A DNA stretch of 64,000 bases from Octopus vulgaris (lineage: Eukaryota), in contig OX597835.1 of the NCBI GenBank assembly GCA_951406725.2, positions 46,500,001 through 46,564,000 on the forward strand, given 5' to 3'. A model generated the notes under the pieces. The model had not been told where the DNA came from, made no database searches, and saw only the letters and a program-made list of their open reading frames with translations. Positions 1 through 12,601 of the stretch are shown here, piece after piece (position 1 is the first letter of the stretch; every line of letters begins with the position of its first letter). The position numbers and the translations under genes are program-made.

Positions 1-150
1 CCAGGACTTATTCTCTGTAAGCCAACTACTTATTCTATCGGTTACTTGTGCCGAACCGCTAAGTTACAGGGACGTAAACCCACCAACAGCGGTTGTCAAG
101 CGATGGAAGGGAACAAACACAAGACACACAAATACATACATACATACACG

Positions 151-249
<99 letters not shown>

Positions 250-282
250 GTATATATATATATATATCTACATATATATATA

Positions 283-315
<33 letters not shown>

Positions 316-389
316 GTACTCGACGGGCTTCTTTCAGTTTCTGTCAACCAAATCTACTCACAAGGCTTTGGTCAGCCCGAGGTATAGTA
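1..389 (-). mobile_element. tRNA-derived SINE family A, partial
   Basis: Shares GGACTTATTCT..GCCGAACCGCTAAG..CGACGGGCTTCTTTCAGTTTC..CACAAGGCTTTGGTC with the fuller copies at 2003-2412 and 13900-14322; internal (TA)n. Confidence 0.85.
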
Positions 390-769
390 CAAGGCTTTTA
401 GATAGACAAAATAACAGAAAAATGCCTGGGTTTTCTTGCTTAAATCGTTAATTGAATCGGCATACAAGTTAAGGCCCATAAAACACTAGTAAAGATCACA
501 GCTATAAAACACTATTGCTGATGAAAACTGATAACCAGCCAATAACGAATTAAATGTCATTATGACGCCCACAGATAAAAAATGCCTTTTCTCCTTTTTC
601 TATTCCTTTTTCTTCCTTGGCCAGTTAATTCTAACCGATGGTTTGTTTTGCTTGTAATATACACATGTGATCCTATAACCACACCCAATTCAGGATACGT
701 ATAAATTATATATGTATATATTATGTATATATATGTATTCATATATATATATATCTACATATATATATA

Positions 770-804
<35 letters not shown>

Positions 805-1187
805 GTACTCGACGGGCTTCTTTCAGTTTCTGTCAACCAAATCTACTCACAAGGCTTTGGTCAGCCCGAGGTATAGTACAAGGCTTTTAGATAGACAAAA
901 TAACAGAAAAATGCCTTGGTTTTCTTGCTTAAATCGTTAATTGAATCGGCATACAAGTTAAGGCCCATAAAACATTTGTAAAGAACACAGCTATAAAACA
1001 CTATTGCTGATGAAAACTGATAACCAGCCAATAACTTATTATGACGCCCACAGATAAAAATGCCTTTTCTCACTCTTTTTCTATTCCTTTTTCTTCCTTG
1101 GCCAGTTAATTCTGACCGACGGTTTGTTTTGCTTGCAATGCAAAAATGTGATCCTATAACCACACCCAATTCAGGATACGTATAAAT
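290..1187. repeat. Tandem duplication, unit about 490 bp (290-707 and 780-1187)
   Basis: TACTCGACGGGC at 317 and 806, continuing to CAATTCAGGATACGTATAAATT in both copies, with scattered substitutions and a small indel. Confidence 0.9.
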
Positions 1188-1410
1188 TTTAGATAATTTG
1201 AGGTGATTCAGCAAATTACTCTGGTGTGACTGAGTCATGTGTCGTTTGAATAGCACCAGCAGAATAACCTGTTGTTGCATACATTACTGTATGATATGGC
1301 CAAATCGAAGAGATCGAATTCAGACGAAACAATTGTAAATCAGTGTTTAAAAAAAAATTGCACACTTGATTTTTCTTGTTTATATATATAAATTGCACTT
1401 CATATTCGAG

Positions 1411-1489
1411 GCTCTGATGAAGCTATACGGCGTTACTTAGCCACTCAAATACGAATACACTGCATCTTATTGCAGAAACGGCTGTAAGC
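1411..1489 (+). ncRNA. Type I hammerhead ribozyme motif
   Basis: GCT-CTGATGA-agctata...tattgca-GAAA-CGGCTG-TA-AGC. Stem I GCT/AGC, quasi-palindromic stem III ACGGCTGT, imperfect stem II; predicted cut after 1486. Confidence 0.65.
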
Positions 1490-2002
1490 TGATGAAGTTC
1501 ATAAGATAATTGCCTTCACCGGACAGCAGTCATGTGGTGTTGTTCTTTCTCGACCTTTCTTTGACCAGACTGGTCATGCTGGTCTGGGCTCCTAATACGT
1601 TCATTAGGACTTACTTCATTTCATCTTCGCAAAACCCCACTAAGTTCGTTCGATAGCTGCAAAGCTCTTTCGGTTGTATTTCTGTTATATATATAATAAC
1701 TACTTTTTCTTCAGTTGTATATAGCCGTAAGGCTTCGTGCTGTATTCATATAATGACTTGTTTGTTTCTGTCTTAGTACACATTCGCTAACTTTTTCCCA
1801 GTAGCTTAATAACAGCACTGGAACCTCAAAATTTGATTGGTCTTAATATTAATGGCGCGAAACCACTATGACATTTCGGGTCATTGGCTGACGAAGAAGA
1901 CTCAGCTGCGAATATTCCGTGTATTGTGTCTTCGACTAAATTTCCTGTTTTCGTGTAGTTCCCGTATCAACCCTTGATATTTTACTCTCTTTTCTCTCTC
2001 TC

Positions 2003-2410
2003 TTTTTACTCTCTTTTTACTTGTTTCAGTCATTTGACTGCGGCCATGCTGGAGCACCGCCTTTAGTCGAGCAACTCGACCCCGGGACTTATTCTTTGTA
2101 AGCCCAGTACTTATTCTATCGGTCTCTTTTGCCGAACCGCTAGGTGACGGGGACGTAAACACACCAGCATCGGTTGTCAAGCAATGCTAGGGGAACAAAC
2201 ACAGACACACAAACATATTCACACACACACACTTATATATATATATACATATATACGACAGGCTTCTTTCAGTTTCCGTCTACCAAATCCACTCACAAGG
2301 CATTGGTCGGCCCGGGGCTATAGCAGAAGACACTTGGCCAAGATGCCACGCAGTGGGACTGAACCCGGAACCATGTGGTTGGTTAGCAAGCTACTTACCA
2401 AACAGCCACT

Positions 2411-2412
<2 letters not shown>
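2003..2412 (-). mobile_element. tRNA-derived SINE family A, near full length
   Basis: Minus strand: A box TGGCTGTTTGG, B box GGTTCAGTCCC, internal CA/TA microsatellite, AGTAAAA-type repeated tail. Confidence 0.9.
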
Positions 2413-2481
<69 letters not shown>

Positions 2482-2514
2482 ATCAAAATAAGCAACAAGA
2501 ATGACTCCGGTAAT

Positions 2515-2600
2515 TTGGTACGATCGTTTCGTACCACATCATTTTATTAAATGTTGTAAGTATTACAACAGATTTAAGATGCTGAGTACTCATCAGCCAA
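2515..2600 (-). ncRNA. Type I hammerhead ribozyme with intact core and long stem II
   Basis: Minus strand TTGG-CTGATGA-GTAC...(long hairpin)...GTAC-GAAA-CGATCG-TA-CCAA; palindromic stem III ACGATCGT; inside a ~370-bp element (2481-2850) flanked by (TA)n. Confidence 0.88.
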
Positions 2601-2847
2601 TTATAGAGGTTTTCCATTAATACAAAAATGTTCAAATCAAGTGGCAACAATATAGAGAAGGTAGATATATAGACAAAGATGTGGATTTAAATTTTAAGAA
2701 CATTTGAGGTAGTGGAGACCCTCAACTGACTGACTAAGATTTGGTTGTTCCAGACTGCTGTAAGGTTGTGAGAGGGAAGAATAAGTTGAAGGAAGCAATA
2801 AAGATTTTCTAATTATAGAAATGGGGTAAAGAGGGTTTCAGAGCTCC

Positions 2848-2900
<53 letters not shown>

Positions 2901-2903
<3 letters not shown>

Positions 2904-3320
2904 GAATGAGGGAAATGGAAAAGGGAGCCTGCAACTAACATTTTTTTTAACACAACGATCGTTTCAACCCTACTACATCTGTTCCATCTTTAAAATAAGA
3001 CACCCCGATGAGATGCATTCTGCACTGGTGGATATAACACAGCCATTTGTACAGTATCCCACCCGCAAGGGTCAGATGTAGGATGGGTCGAAACGATCAT
3101 TGTGTTGAAAAAAGATTGTTGCAAACTCAAACTTCCGTTTCCCTCATTCATTATAAACTCAACGAACGCTGCGCAATTCCTATGATAGACCCAGTAACAC
3201 TTATATAAAAATTGGGGATGGCATTAGGTAGCCTAAACAGTAAAAGTGCTTTAATTGCATACTACTAACCATATACTCAAGGTTTAAATAATTGCTTATA
3301 TATAGAGAGATTTCGTTAAT
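2901..3320 (+). mobile_element. Penelope-type pLTR-like element with 5' inversion and variant hammerhead (3000-3105)
   Basis: 2901-2981 is an imperfect inverted copy of 3073-3152; ACAC-c-CCGATGA-GA...TC-GAAA-CGATCA-TT-GTGT; adjoins (TA)n. Confidence 0.6.
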
Positions 3321-3450
3321 ATGAACTGAATGAATATATACATCGGCCTTTGAATTTGTTTTCTCTCCTCCTTTATTTTATATTCCTGAAGTTCTATCAG
3401 AGTGCTAATTGGTTGAGGTGTATAAAGTGGATATCTATATCACTTTTTTT

Positions 3451-3509
<59 letters not shown>

Positions 3510-3531
3510 TAAAATATATATATATATATAG

Positions 3532-3632
<101 letters not shown>

Positions 3633-3806
3633 TGTATGTATGTATGTGTGTGTATGTATGTATGTATGTATGTATGTATGTGGATATAGTTTAGAGAAAA
3701 ACCTCTATTAAACAAATGTGTGTGATTTTGTGTGTGTATATATGTACATACATACACGCATACAAGTAGATATATATATATATCTAATGCAGATACGTAT
3801 GCAAGC

Positions 3807-3842
<36 letters not shown>

Positions 3843-4323
3843 ATAAATATGTATATAAATATATACTTTCATACATATGAGTATAGATATTTATATAATA
3901 TACTCTCTCACACACATATAAAACTATTTACATGTGGGCATATTTACACTCCTACAACTACATGACTTCTCCATTATTATATAATTATCGTTCATATTAC
4001 AAATGTGCAATAATTATAATTTAATTTTCTTTCAAAGTTCTTTTTAGTCATACAAAAGAATAAAATAAAAATTTACTTAAAAAGTTTATATTGAGTTAGA
4101 AAGAATGTAATTTAAAACAGTTTTCTTAAATATTTACTTTAAATATGTGATCAATGTCAATATTACTGTTTAACTATCAATTAATTATGGATCTATAATT
4201 GCTCTACATATTATCTCAGTAGCAAAAGTATATTTCTAATACTCGTGTATAACAAAAAACTCTAAGGTTAGCATGACTCCAATCTTATTGGAGTTATTTT
4301 CCTTTACAAAACATGACAAAATA

Positions 4324-4556
4324 CCTATTTCTTTACTACCCACAAGGGGCTAAGCACAGAGGGGACAAACAAGGACAGACGAACGGATTAAGTCGATTAC
4401 ATCGACCCCAGTGCGTAATTGGTGCTTAATTTATCGACCCCGAAAGAATGAAAGGCAAAGTCGACCTCGGCGGAATTTGAACTCAGAACGCAGTAGTGGA
4501 CGAAATACTGCTAAGCATTTCGCCCGTCCTGCTAACGATTCTGCCAGCTCGCCGCC
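4324..4556 (-). mobile_element. tRNA-derived SINE family B, full length
   Basis: Minus strand GGCGGCGAGCTGGCAGAATCGTTAG (A box)...GAGTTCAAATTCC (B box)...GCCTTTCATTCTTTCGGGGTCGATAAATTAAG; other copies near 34.5, 37 and 50.4 kb. Confidence 0.88.
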
Positions 4557-5329
4557 TTAACATGTCAAAATACCAACAATAAGTTTATCAGCCTTTACTT
4601 ATTAAATTCGTATATATTGTTGCTAATGTTGTTATTGTTGCTATAACTGCGAATTTGCTGTTTTGTTTCGAGTTATGAAACTTTTTTTTTTTTACATGGT
4701 GGGCAATATGGCGCTGAAGAATTGCTTCCAGCGTTCTTCGTGGCCTTAAAAGAAAAGTACAATCGGTGCCACTCTTCCACTTCTAAGTAAGCCATTAAAA
4801 AACAAAAAAAAAGCAAAACACACGCACACACATACACACACACACATACACACACACACTCTCTCTCACACACACACGCACGCACACATGCACACACAAA
4901 GAAGCAAAAAGTACAAAAACAAAAAAAGAAATAGAGCAAATTAGATGGAATTTTGCCAAGGTTTCAGTTCGATGCAGCAGTTTACACACTCACCGTAAAG
5001 CTTGACATCATGTTTTAATAACAACCTTGACAATAAACTGGTATTAATTATTGACATTGCACTACTAAATGACTGTGTAGTGTTGCTGTGTGGAAACGAG
5101 AAGAAGTCAAACGCTGACTTGATCTATTAAATTGAAAACAAACATTGCAGCGTGGTTGCAGCCATGCTGTGTAGTTAGGATTCTACAGCTAAAGAATTCT
5201 GTGAAAATTATTTTGTAGTGTTGTAGTACTGGGTTCACCGATACAGAGAGGAAGTAGGATTTTGGTAGCGGGGAAAACTGTGTGGAAGCCTCTTATCAGC
5301 CAGTATGTGTGTTTCAATGTATAAAAAGT

Positions 5330-5860
5330 TCATTCTAGAATTTGAGACTTTTTGAAGAGAGATATTTGTTTGTTGTAAAGAAGTTCAAAGCACGAATCTC
5401 TTTCAACTTTAATGCGTTCGTAGTTTCCAACCAATTCATGAAGGTCGCTTGGAAGTCCACCAAAGTGACACCGTCCAGGGCTCTTGACAAAGCCTCCTTC
5501 GTCTTCTTCAGCTTTGAGAACAACCAAAGTGTCGCAGGGAACAAGGTATGGTCTATAGGGAGAGTAAGGGGCAGTTTTCATACTCATCTCTCTCAAGTTG
5601 ATAGATACTCGGATGGAATTGTGCAATGTTCTGGTGCAGATTCTCTGGCCTTTTGCGACGAAATCTCTTCTTATCAAAACCTCCACGAAGTATTCTTTGT
5701 TGATCATCTAGCCAGAGGGATCTCAGTGGATGTAGATGATACCCTTGCTGTTGAAAAAGGGGTTCGTGACAGGCTTTTCAGTGGACGTGCGCTGCATCGT
5801 AATTTGTGCTGGCCAAAAACAGATCCTAGCCTCATACAGGGGCTTTCCCCTGTTTGAAAC
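5330..5860 (-). pseudogene. Mariner transposase C-terminal relic
   Basis: Frameshifted FFNSKGIIYIH...INKEYFVEVL and APYSPYRPYLVPCD (decayed HPPYSPDLAPCD), followed by WLFSKLKK. Confidence 0.75.
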
Positions 5861-6057
5861 AATATTTTATTGCTTAGCTCTATTATAAATTGTCTTCATA
5901 TCCTGACTGCAACCGTGACAAGCAGTGTTTAGCAGGGTGTCTTCAAAGAGCCTGTTACTGTCATCTCCTTCAATCTTCAACAACAAAAGTTGGCACACAT
6001 ACACATGTATATATACATACATGCGATGCAATAATATATATATACCTATATGCAATG

Positions 6058-6125
<68 letters not shown>

Positions 6126-6435
6126 AAAAATAGTAGGAAATATAATTCCAAACTTACAGGGAAAATTCAATTTAGCAATTCTAAATCAAATTTCCCAATA
6201 TATAATATATATATATATATATATAAAATTAGAGAATGGAGAAACATACTTAAATCAATAAAGCATCAACTATCCGATGATACTCAATCCATACTTTAAT
6301 ACACCATTACATAGGAGTAAAGGCAATATATAAAATGAAATGAGATATACAGTAATAGTAAAAGTAAAAGTAAAAGTAAAAAGATAAAGAGATATAAGTA
6401 AAAAATTACAACTACAATATGCAAATAAATCAAAA

Positions 6436-6543
6436 CTGACAGCTGTTTCGGCAGTGAGGACAGTCATACCTCATTTAACCTATAAGCCATAAAGGCAGGT
6501 ATAAATGAGGCATTAACAAAGATGCCCCACGGCCTCTTCAGAG
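6436..6543 (-). ncRNA. Type I hammerhead ribozyme (left arm of the inverted repeat)
   Basis: Reverse complement of 7203-7310. Confidence 0.75.
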
Positions 6544-6886
6544 AATTAAATTAAATTTGTTATAATAGTGAAAAATATTATATAATCATATACATATAAA
6601 TATAAAAATATAAAAAAGTAAAATATAAAAACTTATACATCATAATGCTACACTTGTATAATATAATACATATTTGTACAAAAAGGAAGGTAACCAGAAC
6701 AAAATAAAACAAAATATATAACAGTGTATATATAATATTAATAAGTACCGATATCATACATATTTAGCTAATAGTTTTTTTTATAAAAAAAAGGGGCTAA
6801 CACATATGGAGATGAAAAATAATAATAATTAAATCCGTGGTACAGTTCATAAAATTCTAAAGCTATAAAAGTTAATAAAAATTACT

Positions 6887-6923
<37 letters not shown>

Positions 6924-7202
6924 GTAATAATAATAAAAAATAATAAAAATAGATACAGTTAAGTTATCACCAAGTCCATCCTTCCAAGATCGAAATAACT
7001 ATGAGTTAAGAAATGCTGACCACTAGGTAAAGAAAATTTAGATTTGTTCTGGTTACCTTCCTTTTTGTACAAATATGTATTATATTATACAAGTGTAGCA
7101 TTATGATGTATAAGTTTTTATATTTTACTTTTTTATATTTTTATATTTATATGTATATGATTATATAATATTTTTCACTATTATAACAAATTTAATTTAA
7201 TT

Positions 7203-7310
7203 CTCTGAAGAGGCCGTGGGGCATCTTTGTTAATGCCTCATTTATACCTGCCTTTATGGCTTATAGGTTAAATGAGGTATGACTGTCCTCACTGCCGAAA
7301 CAGCTGTCAG
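7203..7310 (+). ncRNA. Type I hammerhead ribozyme with very long stem II
   Basis: CT-CTGAAGA-GGCcGTGGGG...ATGCCTCATTTA/TAAATGAGGTAT...CCTCACtGCC-GAAA-CAGCTG-TC-AG; palindromic stem III; stem I only 2 bp; predicted cut after 7308. Confidence 0.75.
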
Positions 7311-7693
7311 TTTTGATTTATTTGCATATTGTAGTTGTAATTTTTTACTTATATCTCTTTATCTTTTTACTTTTACTTTTACTTTTACTATTACTGTATA
7401 TCTCATTTCATTTTATATATTGCCTTTACTCCTATGTAATGGTGTATTAAAGTATGGATTGAGTATCATCGGATAGTTGATGCTTTATTGATTTAAGTAT
7501 GTTTCTCCATTCTCTAATTTTGTAGTATTAATTTACGGTAATATTATTACCCTTACCCATTTAATACAATAGATGAACTGATTGCTTGACAATTTCTAAC
7601 ATCTTTGTATTAATTTTTGTTGGGTACCTATCTAGTAGTATATTGGATATATATTATCCCATGGTGGGTTGAATTTTCAACCCCTATCTCATT

Positions 7694-7751
<58 letters not shown>

Positions 7752-8013
7752 ATTTAGAGAAAAAAACTATCTGTATGTATGTATGTATGTATGTATGTAT
7801 GTATGTATGTATGTATGTATGCATGCGTGCTTGTATATATATATATGAATGAATGTAATTCTGAGTTCAAGCACCGTTGAGGTTACCTTTGTCCATCCTT
7901 TCGGGGTCGATAAAATAAGTACCAATTGAGCTCTAGGGTTTATGTAATCGACTAGCCGACTCGCCTGAGATTGCGGGTCTTGTGTCATAATTGGAAACCA
8001 TTATTATAGTTAT

Positions 8014-8490
8014 TTTGAGTGAGAGAGCAGTGCATGCCATCAAAGTGACACTGGGGTAAAATATACGAAGCCTAGTATACCCATCATGACTACTCGTCTG
8101 ATAAGGGTACACCAGGCACATGCATCACAACCATATGTGCAAGACATGGTGATTTCATATCAAGATAAACAACGCATGACCTTGAGAGGGGCCCAGTTAG
8201 AAATTTCTTCAGGTCGAGTAGCCTATCCCGCTCAAACGTTCTCCGAATAAAGTTTGTTTAAGGATGATGAACGAAACACCCATGTTTCCAGAGGTGAATT
8301 ATTCAAACCCCAAAGAATCCCTCTCAACACATGGCTATGATGCTGCCCCACAACTTCTTCTCGTGATCAGAGATGCATATATCGTCAGCCACTAAGGGAC
8401 ATGCTCAACTGATTAAGATCAAATAACTGACAAGCAAATCTGTGGCATTGAGCACAATATTTGCTGTAGCCCATCTTTTTATACTGAAAC
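8014..8490 (-). mobile_element. Non-coding interspersed repeat family C (second copy at 57755-58302)
   Basis: Reverse-complement match over about 470 bp to 57840-58300; both copies end in an AT-rich (AAT)-like tail. Confidence 0.8.
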
Positions 8491-8724
8491 AACAGGCGTA
8501 TCCTTTCGGAGTCGATAAATTAAGCACCAGTGAAACACTGGGGTCGATGTAATCGACTAGTCCCCTCCCCACAAATTTGAGGCCTTGTGCCTCCAGTACA
8601 AAGGATTATTATTATTATTATTGTCGTCATTATCAGCAGCAGCATCACCTTCAGCATCATCATCAGCAGCAGCAGTAGAAGCAGAATCGGCATCAGTTTT
8701 ATTTCCATTATTTTTTTATACACG

Positions 8725-9101
8725 TACTAGCAGTATCGCCCGGCGTTGCTCAGGTTTGTAAGGGAAATAACTATAAAGCATTTTTAGAGAGTTATAGCCA
8801 AAAAATGGAAAAAAATATGGTAAATTTTTTTTTGAGAGTTTAAAAAGGATGGAGTTGCGTCCCCTAGACAGTTTGTGGTTCGTGTTTCTGATTCTCGACC
8901 CCATGTCGAATTTATCGATTTTTTTCAGAACTGGGGGAACTTTTCAAAATTTTGGCTGCGTTAGTTTTGAATTATGACATTGGGCTATGTGTGTGTCAAG
9001 TTTCATCAGAATCGGTTGAAAGCCGTGGTCAGGGTGAAGGTACAAGCAAACAGACACACAGAAACACGCACAGACAAACTGCCGTTTATATATAGAGAGA
9101 T
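8725..9101 (+). mobile_element. Non-autonomous Helentron/DINE-like (rolling-circle type) element
   Basis: 5' TACTAG..CCCGGCGTTGCTCAGG hairpin, AAGTTTCATCAGAATCGG motif, ACAGAC repeats, 3' TTTATATATAGAGAGAT. Confidence 0.65.
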
Positions 9102-9849
9102 TACACCTTCGTTGCACAAAACTATGCCCTACGTGTCTTCTACCATAGCCTTAGGCCGATCAAAGTTTAGTGAATGGATTCGGTAGGCGGAAACTGAAAA
9201 AATCCTGTCATGTGTGTGTGTGTGTGCGTAGTGTATGTGCGTGTGCGTGCGTGTGTCTTTGTGTACGTGCTGCACCCCGCCACCGCCGCTTGACAGCTGG
9301 CGTCGGTGTGCTTCTGTCTCTGTAACTTAGCCGTACGGCAAAAGTGACCAATATAATTAGTACCAGACTTCAAAAGAAAATAAGAACTGAGGGTCGATTC
9401 GTTTGACTAATCGTACGTACTAATGGTACGTACTAATTCCTCAAAGCAGTGCCTCAACATGGCCGCAGTTTAATGACGGACACAAGTTAAAAACATAAAA
9501 GAAGTAGCTCTTTAGATAAATGCAGTCATATATACGGGTATACGTCGGAACATTATACATACATAATAATATAGTACGGGGTGAAAGCGCAGAGCAGTGA
9601 TGTGAATAAATGCACTCTTATTACCAGTTCTAATGGTGCATTTGCACCATTTGTCTACGGCGAGCCTATAGCTTTTCTAAGAGTTCCTACTTGCCACTAG
9701 TACATTGCATTTCTAACCTATAGAATTTGTATCTAAAAACAAACATATGTGTTTGTACATAATGCATAAATGTACTTATGTATACATACTGTGTACTTCA
9801 TAAGTACATAAGTACATACATTTATGCATGTATGTGTCTCTTCTATTTT

Positions 9850-10246
9850 TTAATTATTAGAAATCTTCAACAAAGATTCAAGGCTCCATCTTTGGAATGT
9901 AATTAATACAGACAAATTCACGTTTGGAACGTGAGAAAAGTCTTGCATATTTTTACTATTCCCCTTAGAGATTGCATTTGTAATGTAGGAATTAGAAGGT
10001 CAAGTTCTCTTTCTGAAAATCCCAGTTTATCTAGATTCTTCTTTGCTCTTTTACTTCTTTCAGTCATTTGACAGCGGCCATGCTGGAGCACCGCCTTTAG
10101 TAGAGCAAATCGACCCCATAAGTTATTCTTTGTAAGCCTAGTACTTATTCTATGGGTCACTTTTGCCGAAAAGCTAAGTTACGGGGACGTAAATACACTA
10201 TCATCTGTTGTCAAGCGATGTTGGGGGGACAAACACAGACACACAA

Positions 10247-10333
<87 letters not shown>

Positions 10334-10462
10334 CGACGGGCTTCTTTCCGTTTCCGTCTACCAAATCCACTCACAAGGCTTTGGTCAGCCCGAGGCAATA
10401 GCATTTACTAACAAAACCTTGTGCTCCAATTATTATTGGTATGAATATAAATTCATAGTCTG
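9850..10462 (-). pseudogene. 3' fragment of a restriction-like-endonuclease (R4/Dong-like) non-LTR element, interrupted by a SINE
   Basis: DYEFIFIPIIIGAQGFVSKC (10400-10462) continues after SINE A into KNLDKLGFSERELDLLIPTLQMQSLRGIVKICKTF. Confidence 0.7.
10048..10401 (-). mobile_element. SINE family A, head truncated
   Basis: TTTCAGTCATTTGACAGCGGCCATGCTGGAGCACC...CACAAGGCTTTGGTC. Confidence 0.85.
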
Positions 10463-10644
10463 TATGTATGTAAGTCATTATCTCAAGATTTCTTGGTAAT
10501 AAAGAAAGAACCGGTTTCTGACCTAGATCCAAAGCTCCTTCATTGGAATTTCAACATCAACAACAGGGTATTTTTGTTTGCTTCTTTGGTATTTAGGCAG
10601 TCTGTTACATATCCCAGGACCCTAAAATTACAGGTATACACCAA

Positions 10645-11170
10645 TGTATGTATGTATGTATGTATATATGTATGTATGCATGTATGTATGTATGTATGTA
10701 TGTATGTATGTATGTATGTATGAATGTACGTATGTATGCATGTATGAATGGACGTATGTATGTATGAATGTATGTATGAATATACGTATGTATGTATGTA
10801 TGTATGTATGTATGTGTGTATGTATGTATGTATGTATGTACGTGTGTATGTATGTATGTATGTATGTATGTATGTGTGTATGTATGTATGAATGTATGTA
10901 TGAATATACGTATGTATGTATGTATGCATGTATGTATGTATGTATGTATGTATGTATGTGTGTATGTATGTATGAGTGTATGTATGTATGTATGAATGTA
11001 TGCATGTACGTGTGTATGTATGTATGAATGTATGTATGTATGTATGTATGTATGTATGTATGTATGTATGTATGTATGTATGTGTGTATGTATGTATGAA
11101 TGTTTGTATGTACGTGTGTATGTATGTATGAATGTATGTATGTGTGTATATATGTCTGTATGTATATGTG
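10645..11170. repeat. (TATG)n microsatellite
   Basis: Direct reading. Confidence 0.95.
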
Positions 11171-11176
11171 TAGATA

Positions 11177-11998
11177 AAAAACTAGAATTTCTCATCAGAT
11201 GTGTCTCAGACGGATCTATGGCATTATGTGAGAGGACCGCATTAGTGATCTTGAAATATTGGAAGGCTCTCGGTGCGAAAGTATAGAAGCTCTTGTGTTA
11301 AAGCAAAGGCTCAGATGGAGTGGTCATCTGGTCAGGATGAAGGATTCAAGGATGCCAAAACTCTTTTATGGAGAGTTAGCTAAAGGAGAACAACCCTCAC
11401 ATAAACCAAAAAAGAGGTATAAGGACTTGCTGAAGGCTTCCTTCAGAGATGCTTGCATCTCTCCTGACACATGGGAAGGCATGGCTATTGATCGTAGCAG
11501 GTAGAGAAAGATTGTGCACGAGGGGACAGCTACTTTTGAGAAATCTCGAGTTGCACATGTGAAAGTAAGGAGGGATGTCAGGAAGGGCATCGCTGTTACA
11601 CTTCCAGATGGGAAAGGGCTTCCTATGATGCTGACATGCAGTGTCTGTGCAAGACCCTGCCTCAGTAAAGCTGGACTCAAGAGTCATCTTCGAAGTCATA
11701 AAACGAGACAGATGAGTGACAACCTGGCCACTGGTGGTGGTGTAACACACCATACTAATCATATCTGTCGAGCATGTGGAAAAGAGTGTAATTCGACAGG
11801 AGGACTTAAATGACATGCAAAGGTACGTGAAGCCCAGTTACAACTACAGCCGGCTATTACCAGTAAAGGTCTTAGTTGCCAATTTTGTACAAGACATTGT
11901 AGATCTTTAGCTGGGCTAAAAAGTCGCATTCGATCACAGCACCAATAACAGTTAAGCTTCGTGCAATGGCCATACTCGATAACGAGAGGGCAGCCATC
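11177..11998 (+). mobile_element. 5'-truncated RTE-clade LINE (RT C-terminus plus three C2H2 fingers) with 13-bp TSD
   Basis: LRWSGHLVRMKDSRMPKLFYGEL..KPKKRYKD motif; CxxC..HxxxH fingers; stop codons; TSD ATATGTGTAGATA at 11164-11176 and 11999-12011. Confidence 0.88.
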
Positions 11999-12029
11999 AT
12001 ATGTGTAGATATGTATGTTTTGATTTCTG

Positions 12030-12242
12030 TATGTATTCTCATGCATATCGTTGCATATATATAGACAAGCTCGTATATACTTAAATGATAAACTTTACAG
12101 ATTTTTACAATTCCGGTGATGGACTGGACCTGTAGTGTTCGAATTAGGTTTCTTCTTCCTGGTTTTGAGAAAACTAATTTCTCAAGATTGGTATTTAGGC
12201 AGTGTGTTACATATCCCAGGGCCCTAAAATTACAAGTATACA
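12030..12242 (-). pseudogene. R4/Dong-like RLE element 3' fragment (related piece at 10470-10640)
   Basis: RALGYVTHCLNTNLEKL..RRNLIRTLQVQSITGIVKICK; truncated end abuts (CATA)n. Confidence 0.65.
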
Positions 12243-12559
12243 ACTATGTATGTATGTATGTATGTATGTATGTATGTATGTATGTATGTATGTATGTATG
12301 TATTATATATGCATGTATGAATGTATGTATGTATGAATGTACGTATGTATGTATGTATGAATGAATGTATGTACGTGTGTATGTATGTATGTATAAATGT
12401 ATGTATGTATATATGAATGTATGTATGTATGTATAAGTAGAATTATATTTACGGATGTACATGCGATCGTTATATGTGCACATGTTTTGATAACTGTGTT
12501 TACTTACAATTATACACGCTCTACAATTGCGTCACGTATTGACCGTTATTTTCACTTTT

Positions 12560-12601
<42 letters not shown>

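Larger units (their letters stand above)
6225..7521. repeat. Apparently perfect 479-bp inverted repeat (6225-6703 / 7043-7521) of a Penelope-type pLTR element
   Basis: Arms are reverse complements wherever I checked (identical 65-aa ORFs on opposite strands); 339-bp spacer; each arm carries a hammerhead; element lies between (TA)n tracts. Confidence 0.92.

Noticed and set aside
1200-1345. GAAA-CAATTG-TA with an upstream stem (GTTTGAAT/ATTCAGAC)
   Set aside because: No recognisable CUGANGA; at best a dead hammerhead
1885-1940. CTGACGA-A-GAAGAC...GTCTTC hairpin
   Set aside because: Followed by GACT rather than GAAA, and no stem I/III
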